Assembly (NCBI GenBank): GCA_963693365.1
Contig: CAVNZM010000009.1
Coordinates: 9,623,076 to 9,687,075 of the forward strand
Direction of reading: 5' to 3'
Origin: Amoebidium appalachense
Lineage: Eukaryota > Protista > Ichthyosporea
Length of the DNA stretch: 64,000 nucleotides
Part shown: positions 11,539 through 23,690 of the stretch, piece by piece
How positions within the stretch are numbered: position 1 is the first letter of the stretch
Layout: every line of letters begins with the position of its first letter
Translations under genes and position numbers: made by a program
Notes under the pieces: generated by a model
What the model saw: only the letters and a program-made list of their open reading frames with translations
The model's database searches: none
What the model was told of the DNA's origin: nothing

Positions 11539-12960
11539 GTTATCCGCTTCCGGGCCCGCCTAGTGGCTAAGGGATACACCCAGAGGCCGGGTCTGGACTA
11601 CACCGAGACCTTCTGCTCCACCGCCAACCCCGCCACAACACGCTACATCATCGCGCTTCAAGTTGCTGCTGAGCTCGGCCATCACCTATGCTACTTCGAT
11701 GTGGACAGCGCGTTCCTCAACGCGCCACTGCAGGAGGAGATCTACATGTGCCAGCCTGAGGGTTTCGTCATACCAGGCAAGGAGGGAATGGTGTGCATTT
11801 TGCACAAGGCCATCTACGGGCTCAAGCAGGCAGCACACGAGTGGATGGAGACTTTTGCTGCCGGCCTGCGCACCATTGGCTGGGTGCGCACCGAGGCCGA
11901 CCCCTCCCTCTTCACCCGCGGGCCAGACTGCCCAGGCACCAACAAGCAGCTTATGGTGGTGCACATTGACGACATGGTGTGCAAGGTAACTACCGAGGAG
12001 GATGGCAACTTGCTGGAGCAGGAGCTCTCGGGCATCTTCCACATCAAGAAGGGTGGCAGCAGTTTTGTGGGGGTGGAGATCAACAAACTGAGCACTGGCG
12101 CCATCAAGATCCATCAAGCCCCCTACGCACAACAGGTGCTCGAGCGCTACGGCATGGCTGACTGCAAGCCTGTGGACACACCCATGACACTGGATAAGCT
12201 CAGCAAGACCCAGTGCCCAGCAACCCGGGAGGAGGTGGCAGCAATGGCCACCGATGCAGCTGTGTACCAGGCCATTGTTGGCAGCCTGATGTATCTGGCC
12301 GTGTGGACCCGCCCGGACATTGCCGCCCCTGTGAGCGTGCTTGCGCGATTTCTCAGCAACCCCGGGCAGGCCCACCTTGCCGCCGCCAAACGTGTGCTGC
12401 GCTACATCAAGGGCACCATTGACCACGGCATCACCTACCGCCGGTCCACCAGCGCGGACACCAAGGGGCAGGTTGTTTGTTACGTGGATGCTGATTGGGC
12501 CGGAAACCCAGACAACCGCCGCTCAACGACAGGTGTGGTGTTTCTTGCTGCTAGGGGTGCCATTTTGTGGGCATCCAAGCTGCAGACCGTGGTGGCAGAC
12601 AGCACCGCAGAGGCCGAGTATGTGAGCGCAGCCCGTGCTACCAAGGAGGCCCTGTGGTTGCGCAAACTGACTACCGCCTGCGGCTTCCCTCCTATTAGCC
12701 CCACCATCCTGCACGAGGACAACCAGGCCTGCATCAAGATAGCCAAGAACCCCGAGTTGTTCAACCGCACGAAGCATATCGACATCAAGTACCACCTCAC
12801 TCGCCACCACGTCCGTCGCGGCGACATTTGCTTTGTGTACGTGCCGACCAATGAGCAGGCGGCAGACATGCTCACCAAAGCACTCGGGGGTGCAGCTCTC
12901 AACAACTGCAAGAAGATGGTGGGCATGGACACGTGCGACAAGTCATCGCGCAAGGTGTAG
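11539..12960 (+). CDS. Copia pol part 2: reverse transcriptase + RNase H
   Basis: RARLVAKGY, DVDSAFLN, KAIYGLKQ, VHIDD (YVDD variant), YVDADWA, EAEY, EDNQAC, KHIDIKYH, ADMLTK. Confidence 0.95.
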   Translation, partial: VIRFRARLVAKGYTQRPGLDYTETFCSTANPATTRYIIALQVAAELGHHLCYFDVDSAFLNAPLQEEIYMCQPEGFVIPGKEGMVCILHKAIYGLKQAAHEWMETFAAGLRTIGWVRTEADPSLFTRGPDCPGTNKQLMVVHIDDMVCKVTTEEDGNLLEQELSGIFHIKKGGSSFVGVEINKLSTGAIKIHQAPYAQQVLERYGMADCKPVDTPMTLDKLSKTQCPATREEVAAMATDAAVYQAIVGSLMYLAVWTRPDIAAPVSVLARFLSNPGQAHLAAAKRVLRYIKGTIDHGITYRRSTSADTKGQVVCYVDADWAGNPDNRRSTTGVVFLAARGAILWASKLQTVVADSTAEAEYVSAARATKEALWLRKLTTACGFPPISPTILHEDNQACIKIAKNPELFNRTKHIDIKYHLTRHHVRRGDICFVYVPTNEQAADMLTKALGGAALNNCKKMVGMDTCDKSSRKV

Positions 12961-13107
12961 AAGAAGTGAGCGAATATTTGTGGCTATGCAACAAGGGGTG
13001 CGAGTGATTGTGTTTTCATTAATATTTATTCGCTAATTTCTATTGGTGCACATTTATTCGCTAAAATTTGTATTGCAGTATTTCGTGCCCTAATGTTGTA
13101 AGGGGTG

Positions 13108-13291
13108 TGCCAGAATATACAACAATAGTGCACGAGTTGGCATATGCATTTCGCACGCACGTGCACAGCACAATTCTTCATTAGTTGCACATCTTTGGTT
13201 TACACAGGTTGCACGAGCACATAGCATACATAGTTAGGTACGATCGTTTATTTGTGCTTTATCTCCCTTTATTTCATAAGCATGTCCGGCA
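13108..13291 (+). repeat. Putative 3' LTR of the Copia element
   Basis: Begins tgcc right after the purine tract and ends ggca (4-bp inverted termini). No second copy in the window confirms it. Confidence 0.5.
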
Positions 13292-13479
13292 TGCTCTTGT
13301 TTGCCCTCTGTTATTCAGTAGGCACGTGTGGTATTCATAGTTTGTTTAGCTATTGGCGATAGCGAGAGGAAAGCACGCATCCGACGATTGTTGTGCATGC
13401 TTTTCATGTTTTCTGTGTAGTAGGGTGTTTTGTCTGCGATTGGACCGTATGAGGGGAATGCAGTTTGATTTCCGTTCAT

Positions 13480-14126
13480 GTACGTGTCGTTATATGATTG
13501 GTCAGATTTATAGTATTCATAGTATTTGCCAATCAGATGCGCAAATACCTTTGGATAGATCTGTATTCATGGAATCTGCCTGCGGCAGATAAATAGGTGA
13601 GAATCGAGCATAATAAATTAGACGTAGATTGACAGAACATGCAACTGTGTTTCTACCTCTCCACACTACCCTCTCTGTTAGTGCTGTGGCATCGTGCATT
13701 GCCCAGCACCACTCTGCACGTGTTTATGTCTGTTAGTTTAGTGGCCTGATCACCCACGTATACTCTCATTCATATGCATGTGTGCCCAGGTACGTGTTAG
13801 TTGTAGTGTGTACACTCTGCTAGTCAGGCGAGAATAGTAGGGGCTTTTGCCGTAAGTCAGCACTTTTCTTGCAATCTCATCTTATCTATCTGTTCCTGCA
13901 GTTTTGCTAGATCTCTTCGTGTCTGTTTCTTGATCGATTCCGGCTTAGTTTTTTTTTTTTCCCCCGTTGTTAGGAATAATGTCACCGTCTGGATTGTCCT
14001 CGTCTGGAAAAACAGTTTCATGCATTTAGAAATGACTCAACAGGGTGTAAATTGTTCATACACACAAAAATGACTCTCCCTCCCTCTCTCTCCCTCCCTC
14101 CCTTTCTCTCTCTCTCTCTCCCTCCC

Positions 14127-14159
<33 letters not shown>

Positions 14160-14209
14160 GACAACAGGGTATTGGTGGTTGTTTTCTCCTATTTCTTTCT
14201 TTCTTTCTT

Positions 14210-14252
<43 letters not shown>

Positions 14253-14301
14253 TGGTTTGTTTTTTTTTTCTTTTTTTTTTTTTTTTTGTTCGAAGGTGCC
14301 C

Positions 14302-14334
<33 letters not shown>

Positions 14335-16038
14335 GTTCGTGCTTGGACACGTACCCGAGCTTGCATTTGTCGAGTACCTTTGCCCTGACCTTGTTTGGCC
14401 AGATCCCGGTGCACCTGTCACCAAGATATGTATTTCGTAAGTTCTTCTATATATGGATTTAAAAGTTTGTGTTGCTTGCCCATGGTTGGCAGGTCCAGCC
14501 CGGCACACTATTCACGCTGTAGAGGAATCAGTGTACAGAAAACTAAGATGGAATAAAAGAAGCGCCACCTTACATTCAAATCCGGAGGACTGATGTTTTT
14601 AGAAGACCAGTGCACTTGTATGTGTGCGTACTTTGTTGTGTATGTACTTGCATAGATCTGTTTATGACCATTCATGTAAGTAAGGATGCATGGCATGCGC
14701 ATGTTTAGTAGAACGTGTGCATATGATATACCTTGAGCATGATTAGCATTGCGTTGGGGGGTCTGTTGGCCATCAGGGTCCATGCCTCCGTCTGCACGAC
14801 CCCCCTCGCTGTTTAGGCGACGGCGCGGGGTATGCGGTCGCGCAGCTGTAGGGTTTTCCCTGCTCCCGGCTCGCCTGAGGTTGGTAACCGGCCGCTCTAC
14901 ATCAGAAGATGCAGCGGCGGCGGCGTGTCCTTGACTGTGAAGAGGGCTGCCATCCTCATTGCGGACATTGTCGTATCCTAATGTATGTGTACTAGAGACG
15001 CGGCACTCTACTAAGTGTACACACACGAAAAGGAACGAACGTGTACGGAAAAACGGTAAAGTTTATTCAGACCAGGCTCCGACGGGCAAACTTAGATCCG
15101 TACGGAATGAGTCTAAGTTACGACTGAGGCCATCAAGGCCGTGCCCTCAAAGATCATCATCACCTGGCCCCCCTACGATGCCACATTCCAAACATTCCGA
15201 TCTACTTTTATCGTGTGCCTGCACGAGCTAAGTCGATCTACTCAACTAATATATTTATCCATGTCTCACCCCTCACCCTCCCCCTAGTGGCACCGCAGAG
15301 TCTAAATCTACATTTCATACTATCCTCCCCCCCCCCCTCCCTCCCCCCTTTCCTCTACATCGAAATATATAAATACGTTTGGCAACATATACTATCAAAC
15401 CTTGCCAATACTTACAAAAGGGCTTCTGCCCGAACAATCACATTCCTAAGTCCTCATACGATCTATCCTACACACTAATTAGAATTCTATTGGACGGCTG
15501 TCCCGGCTGACGTGGTCCAATGCCCTGCGCCGGCAGAGGCAAGATGCACGCAGCTGCCAGACAGCTATCTTGAGGCCTCGGACTTGATCTTGATGATCTG
15601 TGGACCCGGGCCACCCCCCCCCCCCCCCCCCCCCCCGATCTCGATCGTAGACTTAGGCTAATCTGCTGAGACGGATTAGTATATGTCAGACATTGTCCGG
15701 GGCGCTTCCGTTTTTTTTCTCGCAATACGCTAGATAGCATTCAAAACGCAAATGTTGGTCGTCACGGAGGTCAAAGCACAGGGTGCACGGTTTACCTAGG
15801 TCATTTTGCCATGTTGTCCTAGTGAAATTAATGGCACCGTTGGAGCCCATTGTGTGGTGACCCTCCAACCAAACCGCCAATTTGCGTTCCATTTAGAAGA
15901 AACCACGAGCTTGCCATTATCAACAGCGCTCTTAACTGTCTGAGAGGCCGTTTTCCTCAGTAAATCTTTTTGTGCATTGCTCAAGGATTTAGCAGCGCTG
16001 CGGGCGGGCAACTTGGCCGTCAGCTTGTTTGCCATGTT
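13480..16038 (-). pseudogene. Decayed multi-exon gene of unknown function
   Basis: Exon-like segments with splice signals: MANKLTAKLPARS... from 16038, about 15220-15060, 14975-14730, 14413-14352, 14003-13818 and 13578-13484. They contain several in-frame TAA/TGA and a frameshift. Confidence 0.45.
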
Positions 16039-16289
16039 CAAGGCATGTTTTAGGAAAAGCACAAACAGGGCGAGGTACACCTTATGCAGAATCTGATGCA
16101 TCTGGTAAAAAAACAGGAGAAGTACCCGTTTGGGGTGTCTGTTTATTCAACATTAGGTTGTGCTCGTACTCAACTAGTACTTGAAGATGTTTCCTTACTA
16201 CGCGTGTAAACACACGTGTACGGCCGGCGGCGGCTCAGTTGCCAACTTACGGTACTTGCAAACGGCAAAACGCCGGGCAGTTCAGCTGC

Positions 16290-16822
16290 AAGCTTCTTGT
16301 CTGATTGGCTGCTGGCTCTGGCGACTGCTCAACACACCTCAGCCCAGACCCAATCAGACCTACGCCGGATTATTTACATGCCTCTGAGATGTCAATTATG
16401 ATTCGTTCGCGGAAGCTAGCTTCACTAATTGCAAATAGTGAAGGGACATTTGGTTTTAGAGGGGGTGCGAGAGAATGTAAGGGCCGCCACTGGGCTGAAG
16501 CAACCCTAAGTTACAGACCCAATATAACAACAACAAAAACGTTATTTACATGAAGAAAAACAACTTTTTTTTTTATACTATTGTAAAGCTATGTCAATTT
16601 GACAGTTTGCGCTGCTTTAAAAGCAGCTTTCAGTACGGCAAAACGATCAGTCAAGTAGGCGCTCCCTATAGGAGGCGGCCGGGCTCGGCGGGCTGACGGC
16701 GGCCCCGGCAGCCGCCAAGCTGGGCTAAGTCGCTACCTAAGTGGTTCTTTATCATGAGCTACGGTAACCTGTAAAGCTATTGGCTTTTGCAGCAAGAACC
16801 GGCACTACTAGTATATAAATAA
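16290..16822. promoter_or_regulatory. Probable divergent promoter region (CCAAT boxes, GC-rich patch, TATA)
   Basis: ctgattggc at about 16301, cccaatcag at about 16349, GC-rich 16670-16730, and tatataaa at 16812, 75 bp before the ATG at 16887. It lies between oppositely oriented gene starts. Confidence 0.4.
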
Positions 16823-16886
16823 GCTTCTTCAGCTGCCTGTGGTTCAGTGTGTGCCTTGCAGCTTGAGGCACACACGGTACAAAACG

Positions 16887-17590
16887 ATGGAAATCCCATA
16901 TGTAATCATTTGGCTCAAATTGATTTTACCCCTCCTCTGGCGATTGATGCCTGGCCTACCAGCCAATCAAACGTATGTCCGGACCCGCCCATGTATTCAA
17001 ACGTAAGAAGTTGAATTTAATTAATTAAGCTAGCTAGCTAGCTAGCTAGCTAGCTATAGGGCTCCCCGGTGGCAGGGTCTGTGAGTTTGTGCAAAGGATG
17101 AGGGACACACGTTCACCTGTCCAAAAAAGGTAACTGGTTGAAGCCCATTCACACCTATTACCACTGCTTAGGTTGATTCTCGACAACAGCAAGAGGTATG
17201 TGCGATATGTTTTATTTAGTTGTACATGTACGGCATGTTTTTTGTTTTTTTTTACGTTGTACACGTACGACATGTGGGTTGGATATGCTGGTATCGGATA
17301 CACTTTCTTGCTTGTGAGATGGAGTAAACGTGAATGTGTAACTGGTCAAGATACTAGCACGCTTGTGGGGCTGGATACAGTTTTATAAACCTTAACAGTG
17401 GATATGCTTGTATTCGGTGGGGGGAGGAGAGGGTGGGGGGGGGGGGGGGGGGGGAAGGGGGTGATGAAGTGGTGGACTGCGCGGGGGACTCTTGATTAGA
17501 ACACAGAATGAGAAGAAAATCAAGTTTGGGTGATGTTGGTGCCTACCCGTGGATTGGCAGTGGTGATGGTGGTGGCAGGACAGAGCGGGT

Positions 17591-17621
<31 letters not shown>

Positions 17622-19305
17622 AGGCGGGGGGAGGGGGGAGGGCAGAGGGGAAGGGGAGACCCTAAATGCTTGGGGGGCAGATGACCTCTTACCTGTGTGT
17701 GTGTGTGTTTTGCCACACGTGAATATTTGTGTTTGTATATGTGCATTGATGGATGTTTGCGCGCATGTGTTATGTCTTGGGGTCTGTGTTCCAATTATGC
17801 AAGGAACGTGCACATGTGTTGTGCACATGCGCATGTGCATGTGTGTGCGTATACAAGTTTGCCTGTGCGTGTCCCTGTGTGCATGTGTGCAGGGGCCCTC
17901 TCGCAAAGGTGTGGACAGGGTGAAGGCAGCGTGGGGGGGGGGGGGGGGGGGAGAGGGGAGCTGGTGTGGGGGAGGGGGGGGGGGGGGTGAGGGGAAAGGA
18001 GGGAGAGGGGGAGGGGAGGGGGGGGGGGGGGGGTATATGGGAGAGATGAGGTCGGATAGGGACAGGGGAATAGGGAAGAGAGAGAGAGAATGAGAACGAG
18101 AAAGGTAGGGAAAGGAGGGATGAGGTGGGGAAGGGGGGGGGGGGGGGGGGGGGAGGCACGAGAGAGAGAGAGAGAAAGGCAAAAAGAGAAGGGCAAGTAG
18201 GCGAGAGACAAGAAGCAGAAAAAGTTTGGAGAAAGGGTGCATCTGGTGTCATTTCATTCCGTCTATATTATGGATTCTTGATAAATAGTAACTGTATCAG
18301 TGTTTGCTTCAAGAAAAAAGGACAACTGTCAAATGTGCTCACAATCTAGGCATGCACATGTTCTTACCTTTCTGTTGTATATTTAACCATTTCAACACCT
18401 CAAGAAACACTCACAATCGATGTATATGCTCACACGCAAGGCACACCACACACTCATTTTCAAAACGTTGGTTTGACACCCACACGTGTGTTCTTTTCCC
18501 ACAAGATTCTACTTTACGGGGAAACGTCTTGCCAAAGCGCTGGAAAAATACGAAACCAATGCAACTTATACGGTGCCCATCAAACATAAGATGGCTGCCA
18601 AGGAGGTTGGTCTGAACGACCTACAAAGCATGCTGGAAGGTGGGTGGTTCATGTTGTGTTCAATTCTTGATTTGTTTTCCTGTTTGTGTGCCCCCCCCCC
18701 CCCCCCTCCTCCCCCCCCCTTCCCCCCCCCTCCCCCCCCCCCCCCCAAAAAAAAAAAGAAAAACATACACACATCTCCCTCCCATCCTTCGCTCTCTACT
18801 TCTTCTTTCTTTTGCTTCTCTCTACCCCCCCCCCCCCCCTGCCCTCCTCCCCCTTCCCCCCCCCCCCCCCCCCCCCCTTCCTCCCCTTCCCTGGGAGATG
18901 AGGGAGGTGTGAGTATGTGGTGTGGGTCGATGGGGGATGGGGTGTGTGTGTGCGGGTGGGTGGGTGTTTTTGGGAGGGGGGTGGGAGAGGGGGAGGGGGA
19001 GGGAAGGGGGTGGGGGGGAGGAGGAGGGATGGGTTAGTAGATAGGCGTGAAAAGATTTAGGGACCCTGGCATTCCGTTCTCTTTTGCAGTTGCTTCCCAC
19101 CCACCCACACATACCCCCACACCCCTCTCTCTTCCTTCCTTATTCCCAGCCACTCACCCATTCTTCGTCAAACTAAAAAAAAAGCCATTCTTTCATGTGA
19201 AGGTGTAAGGGGAACAGACTACATTCATAGGCACCATGTACGTGTCTGTTACAAATGTTTTAATTCTATGCATTAGTTTTAATTTCTTACTTGCTCTCCC
19301 AGCCA

Positions 19306-19341
<36 letters not shown>

Positions 19342-19497
19342 TTCCCACGCCCCTCTCCCCTTTAACAGGCATACACACACACCATGGCAATAGTTGACAC
19401 GCTCACGTGCACACACTCTAACACGCGCGCACACACGCGCGTGCGCACACACACACACAGGCAGGGGGGGGGGAAGGGGGGAGGAGGTGGGGCGGGG

Positions 19498-19555
<58 letters not shown>

Positions 19556-19690
19556 CGGGGCCAGCCGCTGTTCCTGGCTGGGCGGCGGCTGGGGCAGCTG
19601 GTGCAGATGTGGCTGCGGCACGAGGTGCTGCCCACCATCGTGCTGTGCTTCGACAAGGCCCCAAACCTGCATGACTGGCGCCACTACTGA
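16887..19690 (+). CDS. Five-exon gene encoding a BRO-N (baculovirus repeated ORF / phage antirepressor N-terminal) domain protein, 155 codons, one in-frame TAA
   Basis: Exons 16887-16972, 17172-17195, 18506-18639, 19150-19237 and 19555-19690 are all GT-AG with consistent phases (468 nt). RFYFTGKRLAKALEKY...VPIKHK resembles 'pwFvgkDvakiLgY...V...k'. QTTFIG...LFLAG..LGQLVQMWLRHEVLPTI resembles 'fInEsGly.Li..S...A..f..Wv..eVLPsI'. The TAA is at 19206-19208. Confidence 0.65.
17014..17058. repeat. Palindromic microsatellites (TTAA)n then (GCTA)n in intron 1 of the BRO-N gene
   Basis: ttaattaattaa followed by gctagctagctagctagctagctagcta. Confidence 0.85.
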
Positions 19691-20794
19691 GCAATGTAGA
19701 TTTATTTATCTTCCTTACCTCCAGAATGGCTGACGAAAGGCGTTGTGCTCAAGGGCCAGTGTATTGGTGTGAATATGCCCACGGGGCGCCTTTGCTTGGG
19801 TTGTATCGACTTCATGGATTTGGGGACCTAAAGTATTATGTAGGTGGTCTCGGACAGTATGTTGCATAATGGTATGCCTAATCGATTCCGTGCAGGCAAA
19901 GTTAGACTTGCCTGTTTGTGTGGCGTTGGAGGGAGCCGCGTGATGCTGGAATGATATCTATTGATACGTAGCAGCCCTCGGAAAGGGGGTTTACAACAGC
20001 AACACTTACGGTATATTTCCTGGAGTTGTGTCATCTGATCAGGCAGGATTCATGTGGGTTTCGGCATTCCAAAGGCTTAGGGGTTGCCAATGGACACTCG
20101 CTGCTGTTTTGTACGGGTATTACGGGAAGCAGAGTGCACAGAGGGGTCCTGTAAAACACGACAAACACAACAAAGAGAGTGCAATCGGAGTTGTTCACGA
20201 CAGCCTGAGAAGAAAGATTGAAACAACAAATAACGTTTATTGCACTCTCGGGCCTTTCTGTTCTGGCCCATTCATTATCTCATCTCACCTAAATGAAGGG
20301 AACCAATCGGGCTCCTTCAACTACAGGGCAAATACATTCCAACGAGAAAATGCTTTCTAACTTCCAATACTATAGAAGCTTAAAACTCTTCTTAAACTTT
20401 GAAATTAAGTAACTCAACCAACTTGTCAATATTAATTCATATGTGTGTTTGCATTCGTCTCTATCAATTCCTAACAGTCGACACTCTCAGAGTGAAGACA
20501 CATCATGTGAAAAGGATTCAAACAGAACTAATGTGTCCAATCAAAACACTATTAATTAATAGACAGGAATGCAACGCCACGGTCTATAGATCGGCTCACT
20601 TGCGTCCTCCTATTTCGACCTAAACACAAAGACAACAAAGCCAGCTATATAGCCACTCACTCTACACACAGTAAAGCAGAGGAGATGATAGTGAGAACCA
20701 GATTATAGTGTTTCCCTGTGACGTGTATGTGTTCACGTGCACTTGGCATTGTGTGAGAGAGCACCCACATCTTTGTGATAGTGCTAAGACACAA

Positions 20795-21439
20795 AAAAAA
20801 CTTGAAGAAAGAGCCGGGTATTGGGAATGGGAGTCTCCGTGCGACTATGTGTAACAAAAAATTAAAATTGTGCAAGAAAGCAACGTGCACGGTGAATCAC
20901 GTTGTGTGCATAAATTGTGTGTCATGCAGAAACTCGTGCCTACTTTTATATGCTCGAGGCATGAGCATCCTATACTGCGTGCTGTATCTTTTTTCTCTTC
21001 GTGCAACTGCCATGCGGAACATGCAGGGGAAGCGAGGCGTCAAAACAAATGCTCACCAGCTAATGCCTTCGCAACGACAGCCTCGGGGATGAGAAGTGCC
21101 AGAGCCCTGCGTACACCGTCCACAAATTGTGGGATTAGGAGCAACTCTCCACTTGACGTGCGCTCTTCGACCTCCTGTGGCTACGAACTATTAATAGCCA
21201 GCATATTAAGTTCAACGTAAAAAAAAAAGACTTCCCTGAACAACTCCTTCCAAGTAAGACCAGCACACGATCACAGCGTGGCTAGCCAACATCAGATTAC
21301 AAAGGGCTAGAGGAGATCACACACTCACCGTTATGATGATGTGGTCTTCGTCCGACCATAGTCTGCGTCTGATGGGCTCTCCAAACATCGATCTGATGTG
21401 GTTTCCGTACATCAAGACTCTGTTTTCGTCTGTGCGTCC
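20795..21439 (-). CDS. Internal exons of an unknown gene (possibly decayed)
   Basis: Phase-consistent exons at about 21439-21329, 21175-21058 and 20843-20804 give RTDENRVLMYGNHIRSMFGEPIRRRLWSDEDHIIIT|EVEERTSSGELLLIPQFVDGVRRALALLIPEAVVAKALA|VARRLPFPIPGSFF. No family recognised. Confidence 0.4.
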
Positions 21440-22955
21440 TGTGTAAGAGAATGCAACGCAAGGAGGTCAGCGAAAAAAACGAGAAGGTACAGCACAACAA
21501 CGGAACTGACGTGTCAACATTGATTGTTAGTTGGCCTGTGGCATTTATGACACATACACTCTCCAAACCCGCTAACCCTAACAATAACTCCCCTCTCGTA
21601 TTCACCTGAGCTGAACGCTGCAGCGGACATGCTACCACCAGGTTTGAGCAGCTGAGCACCCACGTACAGCCTACTGTTGCCGGGATAAACCAGGCCTGCT
21701 GCGAAGCCTGTGACGAGAGTTAGGACCTTCGACAGCCAAATGATATTAAATTGACAGGTTAGGAACCTAAAAAAGCATTTATAGAGAGAACGGAGAAAAA
21801 AACGTGCACTGCAGGAAAGCACGACGCTGAGAGAGAAAAATGTTGCATGTGCGCCAGAAAGTGGGGGGTGTATGGATAGCTAGGCAGCGTAGTAAGGGGT
21901 AGGACATCGGGCTAAAAACCATTACGTAGAGTTGTTAATTTCTAGGGTGAATAGAAGAAACCAGATACAATAAGACAAAGCCTTACCAAAAACGGTATCC
22001 AAGGCAGAGAAAGAGAGAGAGCCAAGATGAATTCAGGTAGAGAAAATGGGAACTAACGCCTTTGCGACAATCCGTTCAGTGCTGGTGCTGGTGCTCGTGG
22101 GATGGGCTAGTAATGGTGGTGATGTGGTGGTGGTGGTGGTGGTTGGGAAAGGGGGGGGGGGGGGGGGGAGGGTTTGAAAAAGCTCACCACCGAAAACGTC
22201 CTTCGAATGTACATAAAATAACCCATGCATAGTATGCAACAAGAAGGGGAGGAGGGGTGGAAGAGGGAGTATTGGGGGGGTATTGGGGGGGAAGGGGGGG
22301 CGGGGGGAGTACGTTTGACAACATCTTGGGTCCCACGAAGCATTTTTGCAGTAAGAAACAGCCACAAACCAGAAAACGTCAAAAATTGCTTCCGTTCACT
22401 AGGCACGCAGCTAGAAGAAGGCGTTACACTTGGTGGTTACGGGGAGCACGGTCGAATTTGTTGCACCTTTGGCCTTGCACTCTTTCATATACTCTAAGGT
22501 TCTTGTGACAACACAATGTTGGGTACACGAGGGGTAGCCCAGCAAGTATCGTGTTGTGGGGAAAAAACACCTTTTCTTTGGGTAAAAGGGAGCGCCCCAA
22601 CGTTTCAAGTGTTCTAGCCACAAAATACTGGGAATTGGGTAACAAGAGCTATGTACTGACTGACACGACACTGCCCGGGACCGGAAGTACGTTGTCAAGA
22701 GCAGAACAGTTGATGACATTGCCCGGAAAAAAAGAAAGAAAAAAAGGAAGAAAAAGACTATGCGAGCCGGCGGGGGGGCGAAAAAAAAAAAAAAAAGGAA
22801 AAGACATCGCGTAGAAACTCTCTTAACGGGTTGCGTTTGGGTATGTACTATGTACCATGTAGTCTCCGTGACACGTATGAGGTGGTGCCTCATTTTCCTT
22901 CCTACCTCAGCAGAAATGTCTCGCTAGTAATGACAATGCTTATCTGTGTACGCGA

Positions 22956-23119
22956 AGTCGAAGAAGGAAGGCAGCGGAGGCGAATCCGTCGACGAGGCGA
23001 ATTTTCCGTGCATACTTGCATATCTTTCCGTCGAATAAATCCAGTCAAAAGAAAAAAATTTTCCTTCCTTCCTCGCGCAGCCCGCAGCCATTTTTCTTCG
23101 CTGCCTTCCTTCTTCGACT
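22956..23119. repeat. 164-bp segment bounded by perfect 21-bp inverted repeats (MITE-like or hairpin)
   Basis: agtcgaagaaggaaggcagcg (22956-22976) and cgctgccttccttcttcgact (23099-23119). No TSD seen. Confidence 0.75.
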
Positions 23120-23218
23120 CAGTCGCAGTCAGGTCAGTTGGATGACGTCAGGGCGAAGAAAAAAGATTATCGTGGATAACCCCACACTTCAAGCCCCGTA
23201 GTCGCCGGCGCTGTAAGT

Positions 23219-23219
<1 letters not shown>

Positions 23220-23255
<36 letters not shown>

Positions 23256-23690
23256 AATCCTGTTGGTCGCCACATTGAGTATTTATATGATTTTCACACA
23301 GTGAGGTATCTCAGTATGCACTTGTTACTGGATAACTCGTGAAGTTTTTATTGTCTTTCAGTATGCCGTGTGTGACACCGTGCATACTTGCATCTCTTTC
23401 CGTCGAATAAGCAGTTCTGGTGTCTCCTGCTCGTATGTGTAATATGTGTGGGGGGCGGTTTACTCGCGGCTGCATATCTATCAATAAATGCAACCTGTTA
23501 GCTAATGTATTAGAACCGGAGGTTATTGGCGGTTTTATTCTCTTTTCTTCATCTCTTCCTCAATATATCCGTTTTAAGATGACTATCCTAGATCACCTTA
23601 TTAATGCTGCACAGTATGATATTGTGATCCGGTGCCTTAACTTTCTGTCGGAGCTACCGATGCTAGCATCTGCTTACCCATAATATGTAA
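23220..23690 (-). mobile_element. Possible poly(A)-tailed retroposed (LINE/SINE-like) 3' fragment
   Basis: About 35-nt poly-T on the + strand at 23220-23254, with a stop-riddled coding-like remnant next to it. No TSD found. Confidence 0.3.

Larger units (their letters stand above)
9190..13291 (+). mobile_element. Ty1/Copia LTR retrotransposon, 5'-truncated (no gag, protease or 5' LTR), interrupted by a solo LTR
   Basis: Domain order integrase-RT-RNase H is Copia-diagnostic. A purine-rich tract (aaggggtg, about 13100-13107) precedes a putative 3' LTR tgcc...ggca. Confidence 0.9.

Noticed and set aside
11686-12953. Long antisense ORFs over Copia, transposase and YR-element coding regions
   Set aside because: These are expected shadows of GC3-rich sense ORFs and carry no recognisable motifs.
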